A DNA stretch of 63,974 nucleotides, the filler included, from Sluysia triapertura (lineage: Eukaryota), in assembly GCA_046118255.1 (NCBI GenBank). It is 4 parts of 4 records of this genome, joined end to end, with 100 filler letters (N's around TTAATTAATTAA, not from the genome) between each part and the next. Parts side by side here need not be neighbours in the genome. Positions count along the whole stretch, not along the records: positions 13,420 to 40,740 come from JBJNIA010044349.1; 3 more parts are not named here. One strand, given 5' to 3'. Shown here piece by piece: positions 14,314-25,295 of this stretch (the stretch's first letter is position 1; every line of letters starts with the position of its first letter). Both the position numbers and the translations under genes were made by a program. A model generated the notes under the pieces. It ran no database searches and was not told the DNA's origin. It saw only the letters and a list, made by a program, of their open reading frames with translations.

Positions 14314-15675
14314 TTAAGTAACTTTTTTAAAATATTGTTCTAAATCAATTATTTTAATTCTTTCTTGTTTCATCGTGTCTCTATTTCTTATCGTTACACT
14401 ATTATCTTTTTCAGTCTCAAAATCAACAGTTACACAATATGGTGTACCAATTGCATCTTGTCGACGATATCTTTTTCCTATATTACCTGTGTCATCATAA
14501 ACTACACTAAAATTATTTTTTAAATTTAAAAATAAATCATGTGCTTGTTTTTCTAATTGTTTTGATAAAGGGTTAACACAAATTAAATATGGTGCTAAAT
14601 TCTTATTAAGTTTTAAAACTATTCTTGTTCCATTGTCAATAACCTCTTCTGAATAAGCATCACACAAAATTGCAAGCATTAACCTTTCAACACCAACACT
14701 TGGTTCAATTACTCATGGGTAATATTTCTCATGTGTTATTGGGTCTAAATAACGTAAATCTTTATTAGATAAATTAGAATGGTTTTTCAAGTCATAATCT
14801 GTACGATTAGCAACTCCCCACATTTCTTCTCATCCAAAAGGATAATTATATTGAAAATCAACAGTTGCAACACTATAATGCGATAATTTTTCCTTCGGAT
14901 GTTCATATTGTTTTAGATTTTCTGATTTGATACCAAGAGTATTAATTAAAAAATCATTAATTTTTTTAATTCAATATTCTCACGCCTTATCGCTATTTTT
15001 CTCTTGAAAAAAGTATTCTAGTTCCATTTGTTCAAATTCTTTGGTTCTAAATATAAAATTTCCAGGTGTAACTTCATTACGAAAACTTTTCCCAATTTGT
15101 CCTACACCGAAAGGTATTTTAGCTCTTTGCGATCTTTGAATATTGTCAAAATTAATAAATATTCCTTGGGCAGTTTCTGGTCTTAAATATACCTTATAGT
15201 CTTGGTTATTGTTTAGATTAAAATTAGTATTAAACATTAATTGAAAATATTTAACATCTGTTCAATTAAATTTATTACATTTTGGACAAGGAATGTGATT
15301 ATCTAGAACTATTTTCGTCATTGCATTTAAATCTTTTTCATCAATGTTTATTTCTTTATTAAATTTTTCAATTAAGTGATCAGCCCTAAAACGAGATTTA
15401 CAACTTTTACAATCAATCATGGCATCAGAAAAATTATCTAAGTGTCCGCTTGATTTTCAAACCTGAGAATTCATAAAAATATCTGAATCAATAAGAAAAT
15501 TATTTTCGTCAGTTATAAATTTCTTAATTCATAGGCTTTTAAGATTATTCTTGAGTAAAGCACCAAGTGGCCCGAGATCTCATGTATTCGCTAGTCCACC
15601 ATATATTTCACTACCTTGGAAAAAGAAACCAGTAGATTTTAAATGATTAACGATATTATCTATTGAGTATTTCAT
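14314..15675 (-). CDS. glyS: Glycyl-tRNA synthetase, alpha2 type, 453 aa in code 4
   Basis: EIYGGLANT(W)[48 protein letters not shown]; the three ORF-track pieces are one frame joined through TGA. Confidence 0.97.
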
Positions 15676-15683
15676 ATTTCTAA

Positions 15684-16091
15684 TTATTTCATTAAAACAT
15701 CAGCACAAAATTTATGTGGTAATAAATCATCGTTTTTAATTGTTTTAACAAATCCTTTGTTATTGTAAATATCTACTGGAGTTTCAGGAGATATTAATTC
15801 ACTTAGTACTTGTCTACAAATTCCACATGGGGTTCCTAAACCATCAGTTGATGTTATTAAACTAACGCAAATAACATCTTTTGCTGAATATCCTTGGGCA
15901 ATTAATTGTGTTAATGCAGTTCTTTCAGCACATATTGTTGCTGGATATGCTGCATTTTCAACATTAACCCCAACAATTTCTTTATTGTTTTTTAATGAAA
16001 TAATGCATGCAACATGAAAATTTGAATAAGGAGCATAAGCTTTTTTTCTTAGTTCATCCAATTTTTTAAACATTAAATTATAATCTTTCAA
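15684..16091 (-). CDS. cdd: Cytidine deaminase
   Basis: AYAPYSNF, NVENAAY, CAERTA, PCGICRQ; TTG start with AAGGA RBS. Confidence 0.97.
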   Translation of the reverse strand: MKDYNLMFKKLDELRKKAYAPYSNFHVACIISLKNNKEIVGVNVENAAYPATICAERTALTQLIAQGYSAKDVICVSLITSTDGLGTPCGICRQVLSELISPETPVDIYNNKGFVKTIKNDDLLPHKFCADVLMK

Positions 16092-16158
16092 AATAATCCT
16101 TTAGGTGTATATCTTAATTTATTTTAAATTAATTAATCATATCTAATTAACATTTTTA

Positions 16159-17433
16159 TTATTTTTTTTCTTTTATAAAAAAAGAAAGCAGAATTGCAAT
16201 TAAATAAATAATGATTAAAGATATTATTAAATAAAAACTTCCATTATTTTGCTTAAAAATTACCCCAATAATATTTTGACTAGCTGCACTAACAACTATT
16301 ACAGTAAAAGAAGCTAAAAAACTAGCTATGTTTTCATTTTCCTCTTTGTTAATTTTACCAATTAAGGCATACCCTACGCTTTGAGATCCAGAAAATAATC
16401 CCATAAGTAAAAATAATATACAAATGGCAATAAACTTTAAATTTGGTAATAGCAATAATAGTAAAGTAATTAATGTAATGAAAAATGTTATTACTAATAT
16501 TATTTTGCGATTATCTATGAAATCTGAAATTTTTCCCCAAAATAATGTACCAAAAATTGTACCTATTAAAAAACAGAAAATTATTATATTTATGTCATTT
16601 TGTAATGTTGCATTTATTGCAAATTTAAAATAGCTAGCAAATCATTGCCCACCCAAACTTCATACAAATATAGAAAGTGGGATATTTAGTACTCCGATTA
16701 ATATTCCGATTAATAAAGTTTGTTTATTTCTAATAACATATTTTAGTTTTTTTAATTCTGACATAAAAAAGATTTTTAATGGCATATTGTTGGATTTTAT
16801 AATTGGCTTTTCTTGAATAAAGAAGATTAAAAAGAAAATAACAAAAGAAAAAATAGTTAAAAATATTATCAATGTTTCATTTCCTAATTTATTAATAAGA
16901 ATTGATCCGACAAAACTTATAAAAATTCCGCCCAAAGTTCCAAAAGAAATAGAAAAAGCTAGTGGAAATGCAGTTTTTCTTTTTTCAAATCATTGAAAAA
17001 TTAATTTCATGTTTGGAATTAGAAATACAGATCCAAATGTTACACCACTTAAGAAAGCTAAAATACAACTAATTATTGGATTATTTACAAAATTAAAAAA
17101 TAAAAATATAAAACTTCCGGAGCCAATACCTAGCAAAATAACTTTTTTAATTGAATATTTATCTAATAAAATAGCAACAAAAAATAATGCTACAGCATTC
17201 CCAATCATAAATAATGAAACAAATAAAACAAATTCTGTTTGATTTAAATTAAATAAGACTTTAAAAACATTTGTATGAGTTTTTAAGTCAAATAAATTAG
17301 CAGAACCGCCAAGTATGAACCAATAAAATATAGGTAAAGTTAAAATTATAGTATTTTTTCAACCTATAAATGTATGATTAGAAGTAAATTTTTTAAAATT
17401 TAATATCTTTAGAATAATTTCTTCTTTTTTTAT
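16159..17433 (-). CDS. MFS-type multi-pass transporter, ~420 aa in code 4 (start uncertain)
   Basis: ORF pieces at 16159, 16660 and 16990 share one frame across TGAs; many hydrophobic segments; motif-A-like ILLDKYSIKK and GKISDFIDNRK. Confidence 0.75.
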
Positions 17434-17973
17434 TTATATTAATTTTTTAGCATATTCATTAAATAAATCAAAATTGAAAGAATTTATCTCATAATTTTTA
17501 ATAAATGTAAAGTTATCACTTAAAAAACTTAACATTGTATTCAAATCCGCAAAATAACATTCATAAAAGTAATCAAAATTATAAATATCAAAGGCTTTTA
17601 ATTTTAATTTAAATAAATCGATCTTATTAATAATTAGTTTTAAATCTGAATATGTTTTGCTTAATTGATCAAAATCTTTAGGTGATAAAACTTGTTTTTT
17701 AACCTGCATTAGGCGAAACAATTCTCTTTTATATGTTTCAAATTGTTTTAATGCTACTAAATAATCATTTTTTAATAAACTTAGTTTGTTTTTGGTGATA
17801 ACTTTTTTCTTTTTCATAAAATAAGCTATAAAACCCAATAAAGGAATAAAAATTCCAACAATTCCTAATACTTTTTGACGATAGTAATGAGATTTATTAG
17901 CTTCTCTAATTGCAAGAATAGCGCAAATAATACTTAATATTTCTATAATTATTAAAATAAAATATGCTTGCAT
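17434..17973 (-). CDS. Hypothetical protein with two N-terminal TM helices
   Basis: 179-aa ORF in operon position. Confidence 0.75.
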   Translation of the reverse strand: MQAYFILIIIEILSIICAILAIREANKSHYYRQKVLGIVGIFIPLLGFIAYFMKKKKVITKNKLSLLKNDYLVALKQFETYKRELFRLMQVKKQVLSPKDFDQLSKTYSDLKLIINKIDLFKLKLKAFDIYNFDYFYECYFADLNTMLSFLSDNFTFIKNYEINSFNFDLFNEYAKKLI

Positions 17974-18000
17974 AAAGTAAATATATTATAAATGATTATT

Positions 18001-18693
18001 TTATAGATAATATCCTAAAATATTTTTAAAATAGTCCTTAAAAATATTTACTAAATATATTTGCGTTTTTTCGCCATAATTCAAGAAACAATTAACATTT
18101 TTTTCATTAATTTCTTTAAAAGCCTTTAATACATTTTGAGGTAATATCTTTTCTTCTTTTGGGTTATAACCTTTTTCTGAAATAAATCCGCCTTGGGTTA
18201 AATTAATACTAACGATATTAGATTTACTGTTAGTTTTTACACATTTAGATGTATAAAAGAAAACATTAATTAGTCTTAAATATTTGAACATGAAATAGAA
18301 AATTACATAATTTGGCGTTATAAAATTATCTAACATTTCCATACATTCTTTTAAAAGATTAAATAGTTTTTTAAAATCTAGATCATTAAAGTTATTTTGC
18401 TTAATGATGTTTAATATAAACAATCCGCTCTTCAAACTATCAATATTTTCATATATATTTTTATAAAAAATTACAGGGGAGGCTTTTTTTAATTTACTCA
18501 TTTTGTCAAGTTTACCTAGAAAAATTTCTATTTCTGAAAAGGTAAAAAATAATAAACCTGCTCTATTTTTAGAAATAGGTTTGTTTATTCCTTTGGCTAA
18601 AAAAGTATATTTACCGTTATCTGAAAGGAAATTAATAATCTTATCGGATTCTTCATAATCTAATTCATCTATAACAAAGCCTTGAACTATCAT
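18001..18693 (-). CDS. recO: DNA repair protein RecO
   Basis: GFVIDELDYEESDKII...AKGINKPISK N-terminus; directly downstream of era. Confidence 0.9.
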   Translation of the reverse strand: MIVQGFVIDELDYEESDKIINFLSDNGKYTFLAKGINKPISKNRAGLLFFTFSEIEIFLGKLDKMSKLKKASPVIFYKNIYENIDSLKSGLFILNIIKQNNFNDLDFKKLFNLLKECMEMLDNFITPNYVIFYFMFKYLRLINVFFYTSKCVKTNSKSNIVSINLTQGGFISEKGYNPKEEKILPQNVLKAFKEINEKNVNCFLNYGEKTQIYLVNIFKDYFKNILGYYL

Positions 18694-18711
18694 AATATTT
18701 TAAATCTTATA

Positions 18712-19596
18712 TTAAGTAGATAAAATGCCACTTACATTGTTATTTTTTTGTTTTCAATTCTCTGATACTCTAACAAATAATTCTAGATAGCATTTATCCT
18801 TTAGATAAAATTCAATGTCCTTTCTAGCTTCTACACTAATTTTTTTGATCATCGAGCCATTTTTACCAATAAGAATCCCTTTTTGTGATTGTCTTTCTAC
18901 AATAATTGATGACTGAATAACTCAACTCTTGGCTTTTTTCTTCATACTATCTAAGGTTATATAAATAGAGTAAGGGATTTCATCTTGTAAAAATATGAAA
19001 CATTTTTCCCTAATAATTTCCCGAACCATAAATTCTTGACTAATTATTGCAATTTCATTATTTTCGTAAAAAACACTACCTTCAGGCATATGTTGTTTTA
19101 AAACTTCTAATAAATGGTTAATATTATCGTTTTTTAATGCAGATATTGGAATAATTTCCATTCAATTAAATAATGTTGATATTTCAGTTAATTTTTCTAT
19201 TAATTGTTTTTTTGATACTTTATCTATTTTAGAAACAATCGCAATTATTTTGCTATTAGTATTTCTATCTTTTAAAATCTGCACAATTTTACGATCGGAA
19301 TCAGAGATAAATGAATCACATGAAAACATAACACATATTAAATCCACATCTTTTATAGAATTAATAGCTACTTTATTTAATAAGGTTCCGATTTTATCCT
19401 TTGGGTTATGGATTCCAGGTGTATCAATAAATATTATTTGTGCTTCTTTGCTATTATAAACTCCACGAATTTCATTTCTAGTAGTTTGTGGTTTATTTGT
19501 AACAATACTCACTTTTTCTTTTAATATAGCATTAAATAAAGTACTTTTCCCTACATTTGCTTTTCCAATGATTGATATAATGCCTGACTTAAACAT
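18712..19596 (-). CDS. era: GTPase Era, 294 aa in code 4
   Basis: [37 protein letters not shown] (KH domain); continuous through TGA at 19162 and 18922. Confidence 0.97.
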
Positions 19597-19600
19597 ATAA

Positions 19601-20038
19601 CTATTTTATACTATTGTTAAATTTAGACATGATATTGTTTTCTAATTTTTGCATAATAAGTTTATTTTCTAGTTCTTCATGATCAAAATAAAATAAATGT
19701 AATATCCCATGACAAATCATAAAATATAATTCCTCTATCATTGAAGATGAATAATATTGAAATTGTTTATTAATTTGGTTCATTGATATGAATAATTCAC
19801 CTAATTCATGTTCTTGATTATTTGGGAAAGATAATATATCGGTGGTTTTATTTTTGTGTCGATAAGTATTATTTAAAAATGTCATATATTCATCATTAAT
19901 AAAAATAATAGAAATAGTATACTTACCTATATTTTTTTTATTAAGTTCTAATAAAACTAATTTAAAAAGTTTTTGAATATTATTTTTTATTTCTATATCC
20001 AGCTTGAATTGAGAGTCTTGATTGATAAAGTTAATCAT
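19601..20038 (-). CDS. ybeY: rRNA maturation endoribonuclease YbeY
   Basis: LNNTYRHKNKTTDILSF, LGELFIS, HGILHLFYFDH. Confidence 0.95.
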   Translation of the reverse strand: MINFINQDSQFKLDIEIKNNIQKLFKLVLLELNKKNIGKYTISIIFINDEYMTFLNNTYRHKNKTTDILSFPNNQEHELGELFISMNQINKQFQYYSSSMIEELYFMICHGILHLFYFDHEELENKLIMQKLENNIMSKFNNSIK

Positions 20039-21014
20039 TTAATTTAATTTTATATTGAAAAGTTTGAATTTCTTTACAAAATTTTAAGTAATTAAAAGAA
20101 TTAATAAAATTACTTATTATTATGAAAGCTATTAGGTTAATACTAATTACAGGAACATCAACATCTAATAATTGGAAAATTAAATACAATAATATGAAAA
20201 TAATAAATTCTAATCCTGAAACTTTCAATTTTTTGAGGTAATAAGTGATTATAGAAGCAAGAAATATAACAAAATAGTTTATTTGGTAACAATAAAAAAG
20301 ATTAATTAATATTATAAAAATAAGAAAAATTGATAAATTTACAAAATTTTTTATATCAATAAAAAATTTATTTAAATAATTATTTAGTAAGCAAAATATT
20401 ATAGTTAATAAAAATAATAAACATATCATAAATATGAAATTTTTATTAAATGTATCTATCAATAAAATTCTAGCAACAAACAACAAAATAATTAAAATTA
20501 ATTTGCTAGAAATATTAATAAACGTAGTAATTAAATATTTATAAAGCATAACTTTGTTATATTTAATGTTTTTATATGATAAGTAATAATTCTTTAAGTT
20601 TGTGTAATCAAATTTTTTTATATAAATAATCACATTTATATAATTTAGTAAAATGTCTTTAAAACTTATTTTAAAATAACCATTAATTGGACAAAAACAA
20701 TAAAAAATTTGATTAATTATTTTATAGCAAATAATAGCATGGAAACTGGATGGTTCTTTTTTTATTAAAATTATAGGAAATGCTAAATCTAATGATTGAA
20801 AAGTTGTTAAAGATATGTTTTTAATATATATTTTTGTGTTAAATTTTTTTAAAAATAATTCTAATTCATATAAGCTGATAGATTTATTTTTATAAATTAA
20901 TAACAAAAATTGTGGATAACCTATTAGGTTATTATATGAAACAAAATTAAATAATGAATAACAACAAGCAATTAGGCAATCATCAGCAAATAATTGTAAT
21001 TGAAATTTTGGCAC
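20031..21014 (-). CDS. Peptidase C39-like domain fused to TM helices, no ATPase domain
   Basis: QLQLFADDCLIAC resembles C39 Q-x-DCGxAC; FHAIICYKI...FCPING resembles HFVV...DPxxG; hydrophobic C-terminal half; overlaps the ybeY start. Confidence 0.6.
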   Translation of the reverse strand: MPKFQLQLFADDCLIACCYSLFNFVSYNNLIGYPQFLLLIYKNKSISLYELELFLKKFNTKIYIKNISLTTFQSLDLAFPIILIKKEPSSFHAIICYKIINQIFYCFCPINGYFKISFKDILLNYINVIIYIKKFDYTNLKNYYLSYKNIKYNKVMLYKYLITTFINISSKLILIILLFVARILLIDTFNKNFIFMICLLFLLTIIFCLLNNYLNKFFIDIKNFVNLSIFLIFIILINLFYCYQINYFVIFLASIITYYLKKLKVSGLEFIIFILLYLIFQLLDVDVPVISINLIAFIIISNFINSFNYLKFCKEIQTFQYKIKLND

Positions 21015-21068
21015 ACAAAATATAGTGTTTTTTATTTTATTAATAAATAAATAATTTAAAATATATAA

Positions 21069-21707
21069 ATGCCGAACAATAATTATATTGAAGTAAAATA
21101 TCCAAAAAAATTACAAGAAATTCAATTGTTATGAATTAAAGAATATCGCCACGTTATTATTTTGACATCAATTGCTTTATTATTTTTTATTTCTATTGTT
21201 ATATCAAATGCAGTTATTGATATTTACATTTTTAAAACATTATGAGATTCAAAAGCATACATTATCGAATTTAGCATTTTTATTTTTCTATTTGTTGTAA
21301 GTAATTTTTCACTATTTTGAATATATTTTTGAATGAAAAAAACCAAAGAAATAAATAAAATTCCGTGAGCTAGTTTGGGCTGTATTTTGTTGAATTTAGG
21401 ATGCTTTGTTTTATTAGTTGTTATGCTTATGCAACTGTATAGTCTTTTATTTTCAATAACTTTTAATTTCTTTGGCCAATTTACTGATTTACCAGTTTAT
21501 GGGAGACTTAGTTATAACCAAATATACAATATTCAAATGAATTTAATATATAGTAACATGGCATTTATTATTTTTTACATAATATATTTATTTATTTTAA
21601 GCATTAAAATATCCAAAATTAATCAATATCGCAGAATTATTTGAAACAATTATAATTCTAAATTTCAATGAATTAATAATGGTGAAACTACAAACAAACA
21701 AAAATAA
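21069..21707 (+). CDS. Hypothetical membrane protein, ~4 TM, 212 aa in code 4
   Basis: Open from ATG 21069 to TAA 21707 with TGA=Trp; only plus-strand gene found in this contig. Confidence 0.75.
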
Positions 21708-21827
21708 TAAGAATAATTTCCAATATCCAATGAAATATTAACCCATCATATGGACGAAATGGCTTTATTTATTGCGGAGATATTTTTATAATATGAAAGA
21801 TTAATTACTGCTACGTTTAGAATATTT

Positions 21828-23675
21828 CTATAAGGATTGACTGTTCTCGCTACTACTTACTTTTTCTGATTTCAATTTTAAATAAGTGTTGCGATATCAA
21901 AATCCTAATCCAAAAAGTCCAATTAATCCTCCGGCACCAAGAACAATTAAAACAATTGCTCATGTTGGGAAAACATTAATTGAATTACTAGGATTTGGTT
22001 GTGGTGGGATAGGTTTTACTGGTATTATGTTTGTTCCACTTCCGTTTGTATTGTCTATTATTGGTTTTTCAGACATTTTACCAATTTGCAATAAATATTG
22101 AATTTTATTTCCTAATTTATCTTGAAGGGTTATTAGATATTTTCCGTGCCCAGTAATGCTACCACTGTTTTTAATTATATTGGTTGGTTTTCCTTTAAGA
22201 ATAATTTGTTTATTTACCATATCACAACTCTGATAAGTAGATGTTGTTAAATCTAAAATCGGGTCATGGAAAATATAGTTTAAATTAGGTGTGCCATTAT
22301 CTCCTTGGACAAATAAGAAATTAATATTTTCTTTCCCTCAGTTATAATAACCTAAATATTGTGTTAATTTGCAAGTTTTATCAGTAGAAAAATTATTTGT
22401 TCATGGATCAATTGATTTTTTAATGTAAAAATGATAGCTTAATGAAAGCCCGTTTGTTTTGGATACAACAATATTAAAAATGCCTTTGTTATCTTTGTTT
22501 GTTAGAATACAACTAAAATCACCGGCATTAATATAATCTTTCCCGTTTATGATAATTTTATTAATTGAACTATCATTTACATAAAATAAAATGTCATCAT
22601 TAATAAATTTATAGGTTTGCCCTTGGTATAAAGAATCCACTTCTTTTCCATTGGTTCTATATTTTACACCTGAAAAACCTTCATCTGTAGATTTTCACAA
22701 ACCATTGCTAGCTGTTCCTGCTAAAATGTCACCAGATTTATCCTGATAAAACGATGATATGCTTCAATTACTTTTAAGCCCATTTGTTATTTGAGTGAAA
22801 TCAACCCCATTAGTAGAATTTCATAAACCATTATAATCTGATCCTACTCATATATTTCCAGATTTATCCTGAATAATCGATTGTATGCTTCAATTATTAC
22901 CGATATTCCCATGAACTTGAGCGAAATTTAACCCATCAGTAGATTTATATAAACCATTATAATAAGTACTAGTTCATATATCCCCTTTATTATCTTGGAT
23001 AATTGAAACTATGTCTCAATTACTTCCGATCTTTCCATGAACCTGAGTGAAATTTACTCCATCATTTGATTTATATAAACCTTTTTTTTCTGTTCCTACT
23101 CAAACATTTCCTGCGTTGTCTTGAAAAATTGAATCTATATATCAATCACTTCCGATACCGCCATTAACTTTATTAAAATTTAATCCATCGGTAGATTTTC
23201 ATAGGCCATTACCAGCAGTAACAAATCAAATATTACCTAATAAATCTTGATAAATGCTATTGATTATTGCTGAATTACTTCCAATTCCTCAATCAACTAA
23301 GAAAAAATAGATTCCGTCAGTAGATTTTCATAAGCCATGATAATCTGTTCCTACTCATATATTTCCAGATTTATCCTGAATAATTGATTGTATACTTCAA
23401 TCACTTCCGATGCCGTCAGATACTTTATTGAAATTTACTCCATCAGTAGATTTTAATAAGCCGTTGTTTGTTGTCCCAACTCAAATATTACTTTTGTTAT
23501 CTTGAAAAGTAATATTTATAGCTCAATTACTTCCAACCCCTCCAGCAACTTTATTAAAAGTGAAATCTGTTTTTTTAGATGAATGTGGAGAAATGTTATA
23601 GATCGCTTGTATAATTGACCCAAAACAAAAAACCAAAATTCCTATCATTCATAAACTAGTTAATAACTTTTTCAT
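21828..23675 (-). CDS. Beta-propeller surface protein, copy 1 (615 aa)
   Basis: AGGAG RBS; signal MKKLLTSLWMIGILVF; seven WxIxSIxQDKxGNIWVGTxxxGLWKSTDGxNF repeats; stalk; Pro-rich linker; TM WAIVLIVLGAGGLIGLFG. Confidence 0.9.
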
Positions 23676-23949
23676 ATTTACTCCTGTTATATCTTTTACA
23701 AATCAACCCATTATTTTTATGGATTTATAAAAAAAATAAAACATGAATAATTTTAAAATATTTTTGGTTTTTTATTAAATTTTTTTTCTATTTACTAACT
23801 ATTTACTAATTGCTTACTAATAATAAATTATGTTTTGTATGGTTTTTTATTGTCATAATTTTTAGTAAAATGTAGTATTACCGTTAATAAATTTATATGT
23901 TTTCCCTCGAAATGTAAATTATACTTACTTGTTCTTTGGTATCGTGCCC

Positions 23950-24957
23950 CTATATTGAATAATTTTCATCAGTATATTTGAAAAGCCCATGACCCCCGGT
24001 CACAACTCAAATATTTCCAACATTATCTTGATAAATTGATCGTATAGTTCAATCGTTTGCTAACCCTCCACTCACTTGAGTAAAATTCACTTCGTCTATA
24101 GATTTTCATAAACCATTTTGTTCTGATCCGACCCAAATATTTCCTAATTTATCCTGAAAAATTGAACATATGCTTAAATCACTTCCGATGCCCTCAGATA
24201 CTTTATTGAAATTTACTCCATAAGTAGATTTTCACAAGCCATTATGATTTGTCCCCACTCAAATATTTCCTAATTTATCTTGAAAAATTGAAGATATATA
24301 TCAATTACTTCCAACCCCTCCAGCTACCTGTGTAAAATTTTCACCATCAATAGATTTTCATAGGCCATTCATAAAAGTGCCCACTCAAATATTTCCTTTA
24401 TTATCTTGAGTAATTGAAAATATAACTAAATTTGTTCCAAATTCCCCACTCACTTGGGTAAAATTCACTCCGTTAGTAGATTTTCATAACCCGCCTTGAA
24501 TAGTCCCCACTCAAATATTCCCAGACTTATCTTGGATAATACTAGTTATTGTATAATTTTTAAAATAACCACATATATCAAAACTATTTCCCCCATTAGT
24601 AGATTTTCATAAACCATTCGCAAATGTACCAACTCAAATATTTCCTATTTTATCTTGAAAAATTAAGTATATACCAATATTAGTTCCTAACCCATTAGTT
24701 ATTTGAATAAAATGATTTCCCCCGTCAGTAGATTTATATAAACCATGTAAAAGAGTACCAACTCAAATATTTCCATCTTTATCTACTAAAGTAGAATTAA
24801 TTTGAATATTTGTTCCTATCCCACCATCTACTTTAGCAAAATTAAAATTTATTGTTTTTAAATTTTGTGAAATACTATTATAAGTAGCTTGAGTAATTGT
24901 CCCTGCCCCAAAACTTAAAATTCCTATCATTCCTAAACTAGTTAATCATTTTTTCAT
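23950..24957 (-). CDS. Beta-propeller protein, copy 2 (335 aa): signal + 7 blades only, stalk and anchor lost
   Basis: Frame ends at TAG right after blade 7 (HGLFKYTDENYSI*); out-of-frame stalk remnant GKTYKFINGNTTFY at ~23860-23945. Confidence 0.8.
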
Positions 24958-25056
24958 ATTTCTCCTTTGGAAATTATATTTTTAAATATGTATTATTATT
25001 AATAAAACATATGAATTATATATATTTTTAATATCAAAACAAGATTATATTTATAT

Positions 25057-25080
25057 AAAAAAAATAACCTTGCGGTTATT
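25057..25080 (-). terminator. Rho-independent terminator downstream of copy 3
   Basis: Minus strand AATAACC-GCAA-GGTTATT hairpin running into a T tract. Confidence 0.8.
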
Positions 25081-25295
25081 CTCAAATAAGATGCATTTTT
25101 TATATTTACAATTGTTTAGAACTTAAATTATTTTGAATCTTTTCTATAAACAGAAATAAATTTATCTATCGAGCAATTAGAAATAATTTTTTGTTTTGTT
25201 AATTTAAATTTTCATTAATAATAACAATATGAGATCAAATACTAATAATTTCTAAAGCTAATATATCTTATAAATAAGAATTATTATCACTTACA

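Noticed and set aside
23720-25065. Homopolymer phase-variation switches upstream of copies 1 and 2
   Set aside because: A8/T9 runs are expected at this AT content, and one is the terminator tail
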